Positions 18,436-29,590 are shown, counted from the stretch's first letter. The stretch is 64,000 bases of DNA from Clostridia bacterium (GCA_022797635.1 JAAWKZ010000001.1:31532-95531); one strand, 5' to 3'. Numbers and translations are program-made. Notes: generated by a model not told the origin, from the sequence alone.

Positions 18436-21177
18436 ATGGGATTATTTAAAACATATAGCGAAAAAGAAGTAAAGAGAGTAAAGCCAATTGTAGAGAAGAT
18501 TAACAGTTTAGAAGAGGAATTTCAAAAATTAACAGATGAGCAGTTAAGAGGTAAAACTGCAGAATTTAAAAAGCAATTAGAAGAAGGTAAAACCTTAGAT
18601 GATATTTTGCCAGAAGCATTTGCAACTGTGAGAGAAGCATCAAAAAGAGTATTGGGAATGAGGCACTTTGATGTTCAATTAATTGGTGGTATTATTCTTC
18701 ATCAAGGAAGAATTGCTGAAATGAAAACAGGTGAAGGTAAAACATTAGTTGCCACATTACCTGTATATTTGAATGCTTTAACGGGAAAAGGCGTACATGT
18801 TATTACAGTTAACGATTACCTAGCCAAAAGAGATAGTGAATGGATGGGAAAAGTATACAAGTTTTTAGGACTAACAGTAGGATTAGTTATTGCAGGAATG
18901 GAACCAGAAGCAAAAAGAGAAGCTTATCATGCTGACGTTACTTATGGTACTAACAACGAATTTGGTTTTGACTACCTAAGAGATAACATGGTTATTTATA
19001 AAGAACAATTAGTACAAAGAGAATTAAATTATGCTATTGTGGACGAAATCGATAGTATTTTAGTAGATGAGGCTCGTACACCACTTATCATTTCTGGTCG
19101 TGGAACACAATCCTCTGATTTATATAAAAAGGCAGATAACTTTGTTAGAAGATTAACTCCAAAAGTAATTGTAGAAGAAGATTTAAAAGACGAAGCTCAA
19201 GCAGAAGATAACGAAAACTATGACTATATTGTTGACTTGAAAGCAAAATCAGCTTCTTTGACACAAAAAGGTATCGAAAAAGCTGAAAGAGAATTTAATT
19301 TAGAAAACTTCAATGATATTGAAAATTCTGAATTAGTGCACAATGTTAACCAAGCTTTAAGAGCACATGGTATTATGAAAAAAGATATTGACTACATTGT
19401 AAAAGATGGGGAAGTATTAATTGTAGATGAATTTACTGGACGTATTATGTATGGAAGAAGATATAATAATGGATTACATCAAGCAATTGAAGCAAAAGAA
19501 CATGTAAAAATTGCAGATGAGTCTAAAACTCTTGCAACGATTACTTTCCAAAATTACTTTAGAATGTATGGTAAATTATCTGGTATGACTGGTACTGCTA
19601 TGACAGAAGAAGCCGAATTTGAGGAAATTTATCACTTGGACGTTATTGAAATACCAACCAATAAACCAATGGTTCGTAATGACCACCATGACATTATTTA
19701 CAAGAATGAAGATGCTAAATTTAGAGCAGTTATTCAAGATATCAAAGAAAGTCATAAAAAAGGACAACCAGTTCTAGTTGGTACAGTTTCTATTGAAAAA
19801 TCTGAAAAACTAAGTAATCTACTAAAGAGGGAAGGAATTAAGCATGAAGTATTAAATGCTAAATTCCATGAAAAAGAAGCCGAAATTATTGCACAAGCAG
19901 GTAAATATGGAGCTGTTACAATTGCAACAAACATGGCAGGCCGTGGTACTGATATTATGCTTGGTGGTAATAGTGAATATCTAGCAAAACAAGAAATGAG
20001 AAGACAAAGATATACAGAAGAACAACTAGAACAAGCAACCGCTTTCAATGAGACACAAGATGAAAGTATTTTGGAAGCTAGAAAGAAGTTCAAAGAATTA
20101 GAAGCGAAATTTGATCAAGAAATCAAAGAAGAAAAAGAAAAGGTACTTGCAGCAGGTGGATTAAAGATTATTGGTACAGAAAGACATGAGTCTAGAAGAA
20201 TTGATAATCAGCTTCGTGGACGTAGCGGTCGTCAAGGGGACCCAGGAGAATCAAGATTTTATATTGCATTAGATGATGATTTAATGAAAATCTTTGGTGG
20301 TGATGCGATTACTAGAGTATATAACACATTAGGTGCAGACGAAGATATGCCACTAGAGTCAAAACTACTTTCTAATGCAGTAGAAACTGCTCAAAAGAAA
20401 GTAGAAAGTCAAAACTTTAGCATTCGTAAAAATGTCTTACAATATGATGATGTTATGAATGTACAAAGAGGAACTATTTATGATCAAAGAAGAAGAGTTC
20501 TTGATGGAGAAGATTTAAAAAAGAATGTATTAAATATGATAGACAGTTTAGTAGAAGAAACTGCGGCAGAATATTTATCAGAAGTTGCAGACTTTAACTT
20601 AGATGCATTCAATCAAGATGTTAGCGTTAATTTTGGTATTACAGAACTAGAATCTACTAAAAAAGACAAGATTGTATTTAGCGAAGTAACTCAAGAATTA
20701 AAAGAAAAAGCACATCAGATTTATGAACAAAAAGAACAAGAAATTGGCGCTGATAACATGAGAGAACTTGAAAGAGTTATCATGTTGAAAATTGTTGATG
20801 ATAGATGGATGGATCATATTGAAGCAATGGACGAACTTAAAAATGGTATTGGTTTACGTGCTTATGGTCAAAAAGACCCTGTTGTTCAATACAGAATGGA
20901 AGGGGCAGACATGTTTGATCAAATGAATTTAGATATTCAAACAGATGTCATCAAATTCCTAATGAATGCTAGAAAAAGAGAAGAAAACTTACAAAGAACA
21001 ACATCAGTCAAGATTACAGGAGAAGGATTTGAAGACACATTAAGAGACTTAGATACACAAGCTCCTAGAAAATCAGGTGGAAATATGACAGTTGTGAATA
21101 CTGCTCCAAATGTTGGAAGAAATGACCCTTGCCCTTGTGGAAGTGGCAAAAAGTACAAGAATTGCTGCGGAAAGTAA
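18436..21177 (+). CDS. secA: preprotein translocase ATPase SecA
   Basis: 913 aa with full SecA motifs and a C-terminal zinc finger [14 protein letters not shown]. Confidence 0.95.
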   Translation: MGLFKTYSEKEVKRVKPIVEKINSLEEEFQKLTDEQLRGKTAEFKKQLEEGKTLDDILPEAFATVREASKRVLGMRHFDVQLIGGIILHQGRIAEMKTGEGKTLVATLPVYLNALTGKGVHVITVNDYLAKRDSEWMGKVYKFLGLTVGLVIAGMEPEAKREAYHADVTYGTNNEFGFDYLRDNMVIYKEQLVQRELNYAIVDEIDSILVDEARTPLIISGRGTQSSDLYKKADNFVRRLTPKVIVEEDLKDEAQAEDNENYDYIVDLKAKSASLTQKGIEKAEREFNLENFNDIENSELVHNVNQALRAHGIMKKDIDYIVKDGEVLIVDEFTGRIMYGRRYNNGLHQAIEAKEHVKIADESKTLATITFQNYFRMYGKLSGMTGTAMTEEAEFEEIYHLDVIEIPTNKPMVRNDHHDIIYKNEDAKFRAVIQDIKESHKKGQPVLVGTVSIEKSEKLSNLLKREGIKHEVLNAKFHEKEAEIIAQAGKYGAVTIATNMAGRGTDIMLGGNSEYLAKQEMRRQRYTEEQLEQATAFNETQDESILEARKKFKELEAKFDQEIKEEKEKVLAAGGLKIIGTERHESRRIDNQLRGRSGRQGDPGESRFYIALDDDLMKIFGGDAITRVYNTLGADEDMPLESKLLSNAVETAQKKVESQNFSIRKNVLQYDDVMNVQRGTIYDQRRRVLDGEDLKKNVLNMIDSLVEETAAEYLSEVADFNLDAFNQDVSVNFGITELESTKKDKIVFSEVTQELKEKAHQIYEQKEQEIGADNMRELERVIMLKIVDDRWMDHIEAMDELKNGIGLRAYGQKDPVVQYRMEGADMFDQMNLDIQTDVIKFLMNARKREENLQRTTSVKITGEGFEDTLRDLDTQAPRKSGGNMTVVNTAPNVGRNDPCPCGSGKKYKNCCGK

Positions 21178-21191
21178 TTTGTTATAAATAA

Positions 21192-21228
21192 ATGCTGACA
21201 TGAGGAAAATGCCAAATGTCAGCATTTT
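21192..21228 (+). terminator. secA terminator
   Basis: atgctgacat...atgtcagcat hairpin followed by TTTT. Confidence 0.6.
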
Positions 21229-21302
21229 GTCATTCTAAATTTTGAATTGCTGACAGTTTTTAGATAGAGTATTAAAATAAATCGACAAAAGTAGAGGCAA
21301 AT

Positions 21303-21932
21303 ATGATAAAAAATATAATTTTTGATTTAGGCAATGTAATTGTACAAAATCCAAATATAGATATAGTAAAGAAATTCTTTAAAGAAGAAAAAGATGCTAT
21401 AAATTTTAATGAATATATATTTAAGTCAGAATTTTGGAAACTAATGGATTTAGGAAAAATGAATAATTTAGAAATAGCTAATACTATAAAAGAAGAAAGA
21501 CTTGCGGATATAACAAACTATGATGAGATTGAAGATTTTATGCTAAATTGGTTTACTAAATGTGATGCAAATGATAAAACAATGGAAATAGTAAAGAGAT
21601 TAAAACAAAAAGGGTATAACATATATATTTTATCGAATATGTCAAAAGCTACTTTTGAATATTTTTTAAAAAAATATGAGTTTTTTACTATGGTAGATGG
21701 AGCAATTGTTTCTGCATATGAAGGAATAAAAAAACCAGATTCAAAAATATTTGAATTACTATTGAAGAGATATTCTTTAAATGCCGAAGAATGTTTACTA
21801 ATTGATGATGACGATACTAATAAAACCTTAGAAGTTGCAAATTTTATTGGGATAAATGGAAGAAGAGTCAATTCTAATGATTCAGATGATGTAGTAAAAC
21901 TTTTAAAAGAAAACAATATAGAAATCAGGTGA
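21303..21932 (+). CDS. HAD-superfamily hydrolase (subfamily IA)
   Basis: Motif I DLGNV, plus KPD and IDDD motifs. Confidence 0.7.
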   Translation: MIKNIIFDLGNVIVQNPNIDIVKKFFKEEKDAINFNEYIFKSEFWKLMDLGKMNNLEIANTIKEERLADITNYDEIEDFMLNWFTKCDANDKTMEIVKRLKQKGYNIYILSNMSKATFEYFLKKYEFFTMVDGAIVSAYEGIKKPDSKIFELLLKRYSLNAEECLLIDDDDTNKTLEVANFIGINGRRVNSNDSDDVVKLLKENNIEIR

Positions 21933-22103
21933 ACCCTAACAATATAATTTTTTTAGTATATAGGATAAAATCTAAAGTATTTTAGAAAATGGGCGACAGA
22001 GAGATTAAAAGAATATATGATAAAAGGTTTCACTATGGATGATGAAGGAATTAAAAGAAATAAATAGCAAAATTGAAAAGGAAGATAAAAAGAGGTTTGA
22101 GAT

Positions 22104-23429
22104 ATGAATGAAATAAGAGCTGTAAGTAAGTACGAAGAAATAGTAATTAAAATTTTAATGAAGAAAGGAATTAAATTCAAACAAAATCCAACTATTGAAG
22201 GGTGCAATTACAGACCAGACTTTATTGTTGAAAATTTAAATGGCTCTCAATACATTATAGAAGTAAAAAGTCGAATATTAGATATGAGTAAGATTATTAC
22301 AAATCTAGTTGATGCTCGTGATAAGATATCTGGAAACGATATTAATTATAAAGTATTATTAATTGTTTTTGAAAAAGTTTCTTCTTTTTTTGAAGATAAG
22401 TGCAAACAAGAAGGAATAGAAATATGGGATATAGAAGAAATAGAAAAAATAAATAAAGAAACCCTACCTAACGAAAAAGCAGTTAAGCCCAAAACGAAAA
22501 CAACAAAAAAGATTGAAATGGATGTTCTAGAGAATTCACTTGATTTTATTGTGAAATCATTTGAGGAAATGAAAACTTCAAAATCTTTAAAATATGCTTT
22601 GCTCAATTTTACATCAGGTATGGAATTACTTTTTAAAGCAATATTACTTAATGTACATTGGTCGCTTACTGTAGAAAATGTAGATAAAATAAAGGAACAA
22701 TCCTATGAAAATAGAGATTTTATGAGTGTAAATTGGGACAATTCTATACAACGTTTAAAAGTATTTTGTGAAATTGACTTCAAAGGTGTAGAAACTGATT
22801 TGAAAAACTTAAAACAATTAAGAAATAAAATAGAACATTATGATTGTAACTTCAATCCTAATTCAATAATCATGTTAATAAACAAATTAACAAATTTTTT
22901 AGTAAATCTTTTAGTAAATAATTTTGATACAAAGAAATTTCGAAAAAAGGGAAAAGAGCTTTTCGAAGATATACAATCAAGTTTATTTGAAAGTGAAGAA
23001 CAATACGAAAATGCAAAAAGATTAGCAGAAAAGAAGTTGAAGGATGAAAATAAGAGAGCTATAGATATTGTGTGCAAGGTATGTAAAGAGAAATTTGTGA
23101 CAGAAGAAAAAGGTTATTACCTATGTAATTTGTGCAAACAAGAACTTACAGCAGAAGATATAGCAAGTTCCTTTATTGAAAATGAATTGAAAATTGATGA
23201 AATTACTGAAGAGGATGATAATTTTCCCCAACACAATTGTCCAGAATGTTTACAATATTCATTTGTATATCATTACAAGGCAAATGGCGAAAAGATAGCA
23301 CATTGTTATAGTTGTAAAGGAGATTATCCCAATGCAAAACGTTGTGATAGATGCAAAGAGTTTTTTAATCCTATAAAAGAAGATGAATTTCTATGTGAAC
23401 GATGCTATAAGGAAACTCATATTGAGTGA
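22104..23429 (+). CDS. multidomain defence-like protein: PD-(D/E)xK restriction-endonuclease-like N-domain + HEPN-like (RNxIEH) middle + C-terminal triple zinc-ribbon
   Basis: N-terminus RPDFIV...YIIEVK (D...ExK). Mid-region LKQLRNKIEHYD (Rx4H). C-terminus has six CxxC pairs (CKVC, CNLC, CPEC, CYSC, CDRC, CERC). AAGAGG RBS. Confidence 0.6.
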   Translation: MNEIRAVSKYEEIVIKILMKKGIKFKQNPTIEGCNYRPDFIVENLNGSQYIIEVKSRILDMSKIITNLVDARDKISGNDINYKVLLIVFEKVSSFFEDKCKQEGIEIWDIEEIEKINKETLPNEKAVKPKTKTTKKIEMDVLENSLDFIVKSFEEMKTSKSLKYALLNFTSGMELLFKAILLNVHWSLTVENVDKIKEQSYENRDFMSVNWDNSIQRLKVFCEIDFKGVETDLKNLKQLRNKIEHYDCNFNPNSIIMLINKLTNFLVNLLVNNFDTKKFRKKGKELFEDIQSSLFESEEQYENAKRLAEKKLKDENKRAIDIVCKVCKEKFVTEEKGYYLCNLCKQELTAEDIASSFIENELKIDEITEEDDNFPQHNCPECLQYSFVYHYKANGEKIAHCYSCKGDYPNAKRCDRCKEFFNPIKEDEFLCERCYKETHIE

Positions 23430-23445
23430 AGTAGAGGAACGAAAA

Positions 23446-24162
23446 ATGAATTATTTTATTAGCCAAGAAATATTTAACTGGTATAATTTAAGTAGTACAC
23501 AACGCTATAATGGTGAAGACATAAAAGAGTGTTATGATTATTTAAATCATGCAGAAAGCTTAATTGTTGATTTTAAAGATAAGTTTCATATTCAAGACGC
23601 AATTAGAAATTTGAAAGTTGTTGTGGATAAACGTATTAAACAAATAGAAAGGGTTTATGACTTTAAATCATATTTTCCAAAACAACATATATTAGAGACT
23701 TATAAAGAACTAGGAATCGTTAAAGGATTCGTTATTAAAAAGCTTTTTACTATTAGAAACGATATAGAGCATAATGAATTAGAATATTCTGATGCAGAAC
23801 AATGCCATGATCTTTTGGATACAGTTTGGTATTTTTTGAAATCAACTGATGAGATGGTGTATACAGCAAATACAGGCATAGAAGTAACTGAAGATGACGA
23901 CGTTGAAAGTGAAGAAATATGGGTTGGAATTGATGTTGATAGTTCAAAAATGAAAGTTGCAGAAATTAGAGGCAGAGTAAATAAGGATTTTTTATCTAAA
24001 GAAAGATTTGAAAATGCTATCGAAATAGAAAACATTAAAATAAAAGAAGTAGCTGAGGGAAGAGTTTATTTTAGTGGAAATATTGTATTAACTAATCAGG
24101 CGAAAATTTTAATAGCTAAAAAAATTTTTATAAATAGAATACCGATCGGCAATAAATATTAA
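23446..24162 (+). CDS. HEPN-like (RNDIEH motif) protein, partner of the upstream gene
   Basis: GAGGAA RBS. Starts 17 nt after the upstream gene ends. TIRNDIEHNELEY (Rx4H) motif paralogous to the one in the upstream protein. C-terminal domain unknown. Confidence 0.55.
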   Translation: MNYFISQEIFNWYNLSSTQRYNGEDIKECYDYLNHAESLIVDFKDKFHIQDAIRNLKVVVDKRIKQIERVYDFKSYFPKQHILETYKELGIVKGFVIKKLFTIRNDIEHNELEYSDAEQCHDLLDTVWYFLKSTDEMVYTANTGIEVTEDDDVESEEIWVGIDVDSSKMKVAEIRGRVNKDFLSKERFENAIEIENIKIKEVAEGRVYFSGNIVLTNQAKILIAKKIFINRIPIGNKY

Positions 24163-24169
24163 AAAGCAT

Positions 24170-24201
24170 AAAAGAGGGGCGGTAAGCGAACCGCCTCCTC
24201 T
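24170..24201. terminator. GC-rich bidirectional terminator hairpin
   Basis: aagaggggcgg-taagcgaa-ccgcctcctctt, between the convergent genes. Confidence 0.6.
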
Positions 24202-24235
24202 TGCCAGGGAAAAGTTGCGTGATAATTTTTGTTTT

Positions 24236-24679
24236 TTAATTGTTCTCCTTTGCTTTTTCTTCTGTGATGATTTTCATTGCTGTTTCTTCTGTAACTAACG
24301 TGTGTTTGGTGTTCAAAACGAGAAACAAATCATCGTCTTCGTCTTTGTCTTTGTCTTTGTCATCGTCTTTGTTCTCTTTGTGTCCAATCGCTTTGATAGC
24401 GATGCGAAAATCGTTTCTAGCGATTTCGTTAAAGTCGATAATTAGACGAACTTCTTTGTTCACAAGTTGAGACTGCCAACCTTCTCCCATAACTCCTGTG
24501 ATTTCCATGAGAAGATCAAGCTCTTGCATGTCGTTTCCGTCTTCCAGAGAAAACGATAGACCTGGTGTTACGAAGTAGGAACCAAACGCACCTTTGAAGA
24601 CAAGCCGAAGCTTTTTAGGAGTGGTTCTTAGAGTGGAATCAGCAATGATAATTTGAGAATTGATTGTCTTTAACATAGT
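24236..24679 (-). CDS. hypothetical protein with an acidic DDDKDKDKDEDDD linker; codon usage suggests high expression
   Basis: GGAGG RBS before MLKTINSQ. GC about 42% with many C-ending codons (gac, ttc, cgt, atc). Confidence 0.5.
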   Translation of the reverse strand, partial: TMLKTINSQIIIADSTLRTTPKKLRLVFKGAFGSYFVTPGLSFSLEDGNDMQELDLLMEITGVMGEGWQSQLVNKEVRLIIDFNEIARNDFRIAIKAIGHKENKDDDKDKDKDEDDDLFLVLNTKHTLVTEETAMKIITEEKAKENN

Positions 24680-24833
24680 TGTAAGCCTCCCTAGTATTAT
24701 AAAACGCATTTCTACGCTTAATATTACTATTATTATACCATACTCAACATAACATGTCAAATTTGCAACTTGATTATTCGAACTTTTAGTGATATAATAA
24801 ATAATCTTTAAGATAAAAGGGGGGAAAAAAGTA

Positions 24834-25950
24834 ATGATAGAACTTGAAGAAAATAGCAGAAAGTTACAGGAGTTGAAGGAAAGATTACTAAAGATAGGTG
24901 ATTCACTTTGATGTAGTAAATAAAGAAAAAGAATTGAAACTTTTAGAGGAACAAACTATGAATAATGACTTTTGGAATGATACAGGAAATAGTTCAAAAG
25001 TTTTAAAAGAGATAAATGGCTTAAAAGTGAAAGTAGAAGGATTTAATAGAATACAAAGTGAATTAAATAATATTCTGGAAATGAATGAATTATTAGAAAT
25101 AGAACCTGATGAAGAAATGGTAAAAGAAGTTATAAAATCTATTTCTATAGCAGATAAAGAAATTGAAAAATTAGAAATTACTACTTTGCTATCAGGCAAA
25201 TATGATAGTAATAATGCTATTATAACTATTCATCCAGGAGCAGGAGGTACAGAAGCACAGGATTGGGCTGAAATGTTATATCGTATGTATAGTAGATGGT
25301 CAAATGCACATAATTACGATTTAAAAGAGTTGGACTATTTAGAAGGTGATGAGGCAGGAGTAAAAAGTGTTACGTTTTCTGTTAATGGAGAATATGCATA
25401 TGGCTACTTAAAAGGAGAAATGGGAGTTCATCGTTTAGTTAGAATTTCACCTTTTGATGCAGGAGGGAGAAGACATACTTCATTTGCTTCTATTGAAGTA
25501 TTGCCAGAAATTGCAGACGATATTGAATTAGAAATTAATCCTGATGACATTAAAATGGATGTATATAGGGCATCTGGAGCAGGAGGGCAACATATTAATA
25601 AAACTTCGTCTGCGGTAAGATTAACGCATATTCCAACAGGAATTGTAGTAGCCTGTCAAACAGAACGTTCACAGTTTCAAAACAAAGATACAGCACTTAA
25701 AATGTTAAAATCTAAATTGTTAAATCTAAAAGAAAGAGAACAAAAAAATACCATTGAAGAATTAAAAGGTATTCAAATGGATATTGCTTGGGGGAGTCAA
25801 ATTCGTTCTTATGTGTTTTGCCCATATACTCTAGTAAAAGACCATAGAACAAATTATGAAATAGGGAACGTGCAAGCGGTTATGGATGGAGATTTAGATG
25901 AGTTTATTGATTCTTATTTAAAATGGAATGTAGAGAAAGATATAAAATAG
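24834..25950 (+). CDS. prfB: peptide chain release factor 2, with the conserved programmed +1 frameshift
   Basis: ORF0 MIELEENSRKLQELKERLLKIGDSL ends at CTT TGA (24906-24911) with an upstream AGGTGA SD-like element. The +1 frame continues FDVVNKE... to 25950. Contains the GGQ motif. Confidence 0.9.
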
Positions 25951-26067
25951 TCAAAAATAAATCATTCTAATACTAAAGTTAACCAAATTATATCATATTA
26001 CATATAATATACAAGTCAAATTTAGAATTAAATTGGCTTGTATTTTTTATATAAGGACCATGATTTT

Positions 26068-26796
26068 ATGGACATTAAAGTTATTAAATTTGGAGGAAGC
26101 TCACTTGCTAATGATGAAAATTTGAAAAAAGCTGCACAAAAGACGATTCAATTTTTAAAGGATAATAAAAAAGTAGTTGCAATTTTATCAGCTCAAGGAA
26201 AAACAACAGATACTTTATTGACAGAGGCTAAGAGATTAAGTGCTAATCCAAACAAAAGAGAATTAGATATGCTAGTATCAATTGGCGAGCAAATATCAAT
26301 TAGTAAATTTGCCATTCTTTTAAATGAAATGGGATATAAAGCTATTTCATTAACAGGAGAGCAAGCAGGTATTATAACAGATGAAAATTATACACAAGCA
26401 AAAATACAAGAAATTCATCCATATAGAGTATGGAAGGAGTTAGAGCAATATGATGTAGTTATAGTTGCTGGATTTCAAGGAATAGATATGCAACGAAATA
26501 TTACTACTTTAGGTAGAAATGGATCAGATACAAGTGCAGTTGCAATAGCAGCAGCTTTGGAACAAAAGGAATGTTATATTTTTACTGACACAGATGGAAT
26601 TTATGACAAAGATCCTAATCAACATTTTGATGCTAGAAAAATAGAATCTATTTCATATGAAGATATGGATATATTAGCACAAAATGGAGCCAAAGTATTA
26701 CATGATAGATGTATAAGAATAGCCAAGAAATATGGAATTAAAATCATTGTTAAATCTACTTTTAATGATAAGCAAGGTAGCATTGTACAAAAATAG
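26068..26796 (+). CDS. aspartate kinase catalytic domain (no ACT regulatory domains)
   Basis: KFGGSS, GKTTD, VAGFQG, LGRNGSD and FTDTDGIYDKDP motifs. Ends at 243 aa, where ACT domains would begin. Confidence 0.65.
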   Translation: MDIKVIKFGGSSLANDENLKKAAQKTIQFLKDNKKVVAILSAQGKTTDTLLTEAKRLSANPNKRELDMLVSIGEQISISKFAILLNEMGYKAISLTGEQAGIITDENYTQAKIQEIHPYRVWKELEQYDVVIVAGFQGIDMQRNITTLGRNGSDTSAVAIAAALEQKECYIFTDTDGIYDKDPNQHFDARKIESISYEDMDILAQNGAKVLHDRCIRIAKKYGIKIIVKSTFNDKQGSIVQK

Positions 26797-26892
26797 TTTG
26801 TGTCAGATAGACAAAAAAATGATAAAGTAGTTCTAAATAAGACAAGACCTGAATATAATAAGATTAGACTTATTTTTAAAGGAGTGGTACAA

Positions 26893-27195
26893 ATGCCAAT
26901 AGATGAGAGAAAAACAATGTCAAGTATGACAAATGTAATTCAAAATATTATTTTGGAGAACAGAGAAAAATTAAATATTTCTGGAGTTTTGGATGTTTTA
27001 AGTTTCGATGATCAAATTGTTATTTTAGAAACAGAATTAGGGTTACTTACAGTAAAAGGAGAAAATTTGAGAATTAATAAATTAAGCCTTGATACTTCAG
27101 AAGTTACAGTAGATGGAGAAATTTTTCAACTAGCATATAGTGAAAAAGAAAATATAGAAAAGGGTGGAAGTTTTTTAAACAAAATATTTAAGTAA
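26893..27195 (+). CDS. yabP: sporulation protein YabP
   Basis: AAAGGAG RBS. ISGVLDVLSFDDQIVILETELGLLTVKGENLRINKLSL is the YabP signature. Confidence 0.7.
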   Translation: MPIDERKTMSSMTNVIQNIILENREKLNISGVLDVLSFDDQIVILETELGLLTVKGENLRINKLSLDTSEVTVDGEIFQLAYSEKENIEKGGSFLNKIFK

Positions 27196-27241
27196 TATGC
27201 ATTTCTTCTAACTTTATAAAAATATTAAAGGAGGGTAAGAA

Positions 27242-27763
27242 ATGCAAGAAGTTTATGAACAGCTATTTTGCCTATTAATATTTATAGTAACAGGAATTCT
27301 AATAGGATTATTATTTGATATATTTAGAATTTTGAGAAAAAGTTTTCATACTTCAGATATTATTACATATATACAAGATATTTTATTTTGGCTATTAGCA
27401 GGAAGCATGATGTTATTTTCTATATTTACTTTTAACCATGGAGAAATTAGAAGTTATGTTTTTATAGGAATTTTAATTGGTATAATTATTTACATGTTAG
27501 CTATTAGTAGATTTTTTATAAAGTTTTCAGTAAAGATTATTCAATTTTTTAAAAAGGTTTTGTCTTATCCAATTCATTTAATAGAAAAGATAATAAAGAT
27601 AATATTGATAAAACCAGCTTTATGGATAGTAAAAAAAGGGAAAATAATTTTTAGTTCTAAAAAATTACATAATTTTACAAAAAACAGCAAAAAACTTACG
27701 GAAACAATAAAAAATAAAAGAAAAAAGAAGGAATTTTATAAAAAATGTAGAAAAAATACATAA
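27242..27763 (+). CDS. yabQ: spore cortex biosynthesis protein YabQ
   Basis: Membrane protein with a conserved N-terminal TM block; synteny yabP-yabQ-divIC. Confidence 0.6.
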   Translation: MQEVYEQLFCLLIFIVTGILIGLLFDIFRILRKSFHTSDIITYIQDILFWLLAGSMMLFSIFTFNHGEIRSYVFIGILIGIIIYMLAISRFFIKFSVKIIQFFKKVLSYPIHLIEKIIKIILIKPALWIVKKGKIIFSSKKLHNFTKNSKKLTETIKNKRKKKEFYKKCRKNT

Positions 27764-27807
27764 GGTATGTTATAATCATACTATAAATTTAATTAAGGAA
27801 AGCACAG

Positions 27808-28089
27808 ATGAAAAATATCAAAAATAAGAGTTTATTAAAGAAATTTTTGTTTATAGGAATTATTATATATGTTGTTTATACTTTTTTTTCACAACAAAAA
27901 ATGTTAAATACATATAAAGAAGATCAAGAACGATACTCTGAACAAATTGCAGAAGCAGAAGAATTACAAGAAGAACTAAAAACAACAAAAGAAAATATTA
28001 ATTCTAAAGAGTATGTTGAAGAAATAGCCAGAGAAAAGCTAGATATGTATTTACCAAATGAGAGAGTATACATTGACATTAGCAAATAA
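27808..28089 (+). CDS. divIC: septum formation initiator (DivIC/FtsB family)
   Basis: 93 aa with an N-terminal TM segment and a coiled coil; synteny after yabQ. Confidence 0.6.
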   Translation: MKNIKNKSLLKKFLFIGIIIYVVYTFFSQQKMLNTYKEDQERYSEQIAEAEELQEELKTTKENINSKEYVEEIAREKLDMYLPNERVYIDISK

Positions 28090-28093
28090 AATA

Positions 28094-28121
28094 AAAGAGG
28101 CATATCGATTGCCTCTTTGTC
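28094..28121 (+). terminator. terminator hairpin after divIC
   Basis: aagaggc-atatcgatt-gcctctt followed by tgtc. Confidence 0.45.
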
Positions 28122-28258
28122 TAGTATATATTATTTATCTTTAATTGTATTTAAGGTCATTGACTTGTATCTATTATTTCCAATTTATAGTAAAAATATA
28201 ATTATATAAAATTAACAAATGTTATAGATCTATAACATCTAAGATGGGGGCAAAAAAT

Positions 28259-29590
28259 ATGGAGTTTGAAAATTGTACATTAGTGGAATTACGCCAAATT
28301 GCAAAAGAAAGAGGAATAAAGAATACCTCTAAAATGAAGAAAGAAGAATTAATTGAAGGATTGTCTAAAGAAAAAGGACAAGCAGAAAATGAATACATTG
28401 GCGAAAATGAAGAAAATATGGAAGCTTCTAATAATGATACAGATGGTGGGTATAAAGTAACTAATGCAGATGACCAAATTGTAGAAGGAATTTTAGAAGT
28501 ATTACCAGATGGATATGGATTTTTAAGGGGAGAAAACTATCTATCAACGCCAAAAGATGTATATGTTTCTCCTGTTCAAATTAGAAGATTTAGACTAGAC
28601 AAGGGAGACAAGATAAAAGGTATTTCTAGACTTCCAAAAGAGGGCGAAAAATTCCCTGCGCTTATTTATGTGGGTGAAGTAAATGGCGAAGCTCCTGAAA
28701 AAGCATATAGAAGAACAAAATTTGATGATTTAGTACCAATTTATCCTAATGAGAGAATCTGTTTAGAAACTGTTCCAACAGAGTATGCTATGAGAATTAT
28801 TGACTTAATGTCACCGATCGGAAAAGGGCAAAGAGGTATGATTGTGGCACCTCCAAAGGTTGGAAAAACAACACTTCTTAAAAAGATAGCGAACAGTATC
28901 ACCACTAATAATCCAGAAATAGAATTAATTGTATTATTAATTGATGAGCGTCCTGAAGAAGTAACTGATATGCGAAGAAGTATTAATGGAGATGTTATCT
29001 ATTCTACTTTTGATGAGTTACCTGAACATCATGTAAAAGTAGCAGAAATGGTATTAGAAAGAGCAAAAAGACTAACAGAACAAAAGAAGGATGTTGTTAT
29101 ACTGTTAGATAGTATTACTCGTTTAGCAAGAGCATATAATTTAGTTATTCCATCATCAGGAAGAACATTATCAGGAGGTTTAGATCCAAGTGCCTTACAT
29201 AAACCTAAGAAATTCTTTGGAGCGGCTAGAAATATAGAAAATGGGGGAAGCTTAACTATTTTAGCTACAGCATTAATTGAGACAGGAAGTAGAATGGATG
29301 ATGTTATTTTTGAAGAATTTAAGGGAACAGGTAACATGGAAGTGCACTTAGACAGAAAGCTATCTGAAAAGAGAATTTTCCCAGCAATTGATATTAATAA
29401 ATCTGGCACAAGACGTGAAGAATTGTTATTAGATTCAAAAGAGTTAGAAACTGTATTTGCTTTAAGAAAAGCAATGTCAATAATGTCTGTTTCTGACATA
29501 ACAGAAGAACTAATTACAGAAATAATGAATACTAAAACAAATCAAGAATTTTTAGAGAAAATGGCATTATTTTTAAAGAATATGAAATAA
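28259..29590 (+). CDS. rho: transcription termination factor Rho
   Basis: GGGGG RBS before ATG 28259. Walker A PPKVGKTT; RNA-binding and ATPase domains intact. Confidence 0.9.
   Translation: MEFENCTLVELRQIAKERGIKNTSKMKKEELIEGLSKEKGQAENEYIGENEENMEASNNDTDGGYKVTNADDQIVEGILEVLPDGYGFLRGENYLSTPKDVYVSPVQIRRFRLDKGDKIKGISRLPKEGEKFPALIYVGEVNGEAPEKAYRRTKFDDLVPIYPNERICLETVPTEYAMRIIDLMSPIGKGQRGMIVAPPKVGKTTLLKKIANSITTNNPEIELIVLLIDERPEEVTDMRRSINGDVIYSTFDELPEHHVKVAEMVLERAKRLTEQKKDVVILLDSITRLARAYNLVIPSSGRTLSGGLDPSALHKPKKFFGAARNIENGGSLTILATALIETGSRMDDVIFEEFKGTGNMEVHLDRKLSEKRIFPAIDINKSGTRREELLLDSKELETVFALRKAMSIMSVSDITEELITEIMNTKTNQEFLEKMALFLKNMK

Noticed and set aside
26797-26892. The 26800-27195 track ORF as a longer YabP, or as a read-through extension of aspartokinase
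   Set aside because: The AAAGGAG RBS sits precisely before Met 26893 and YabP homologs are about 100 aa. The upstream in-frame stretch shows no ACT or YabP similarity.
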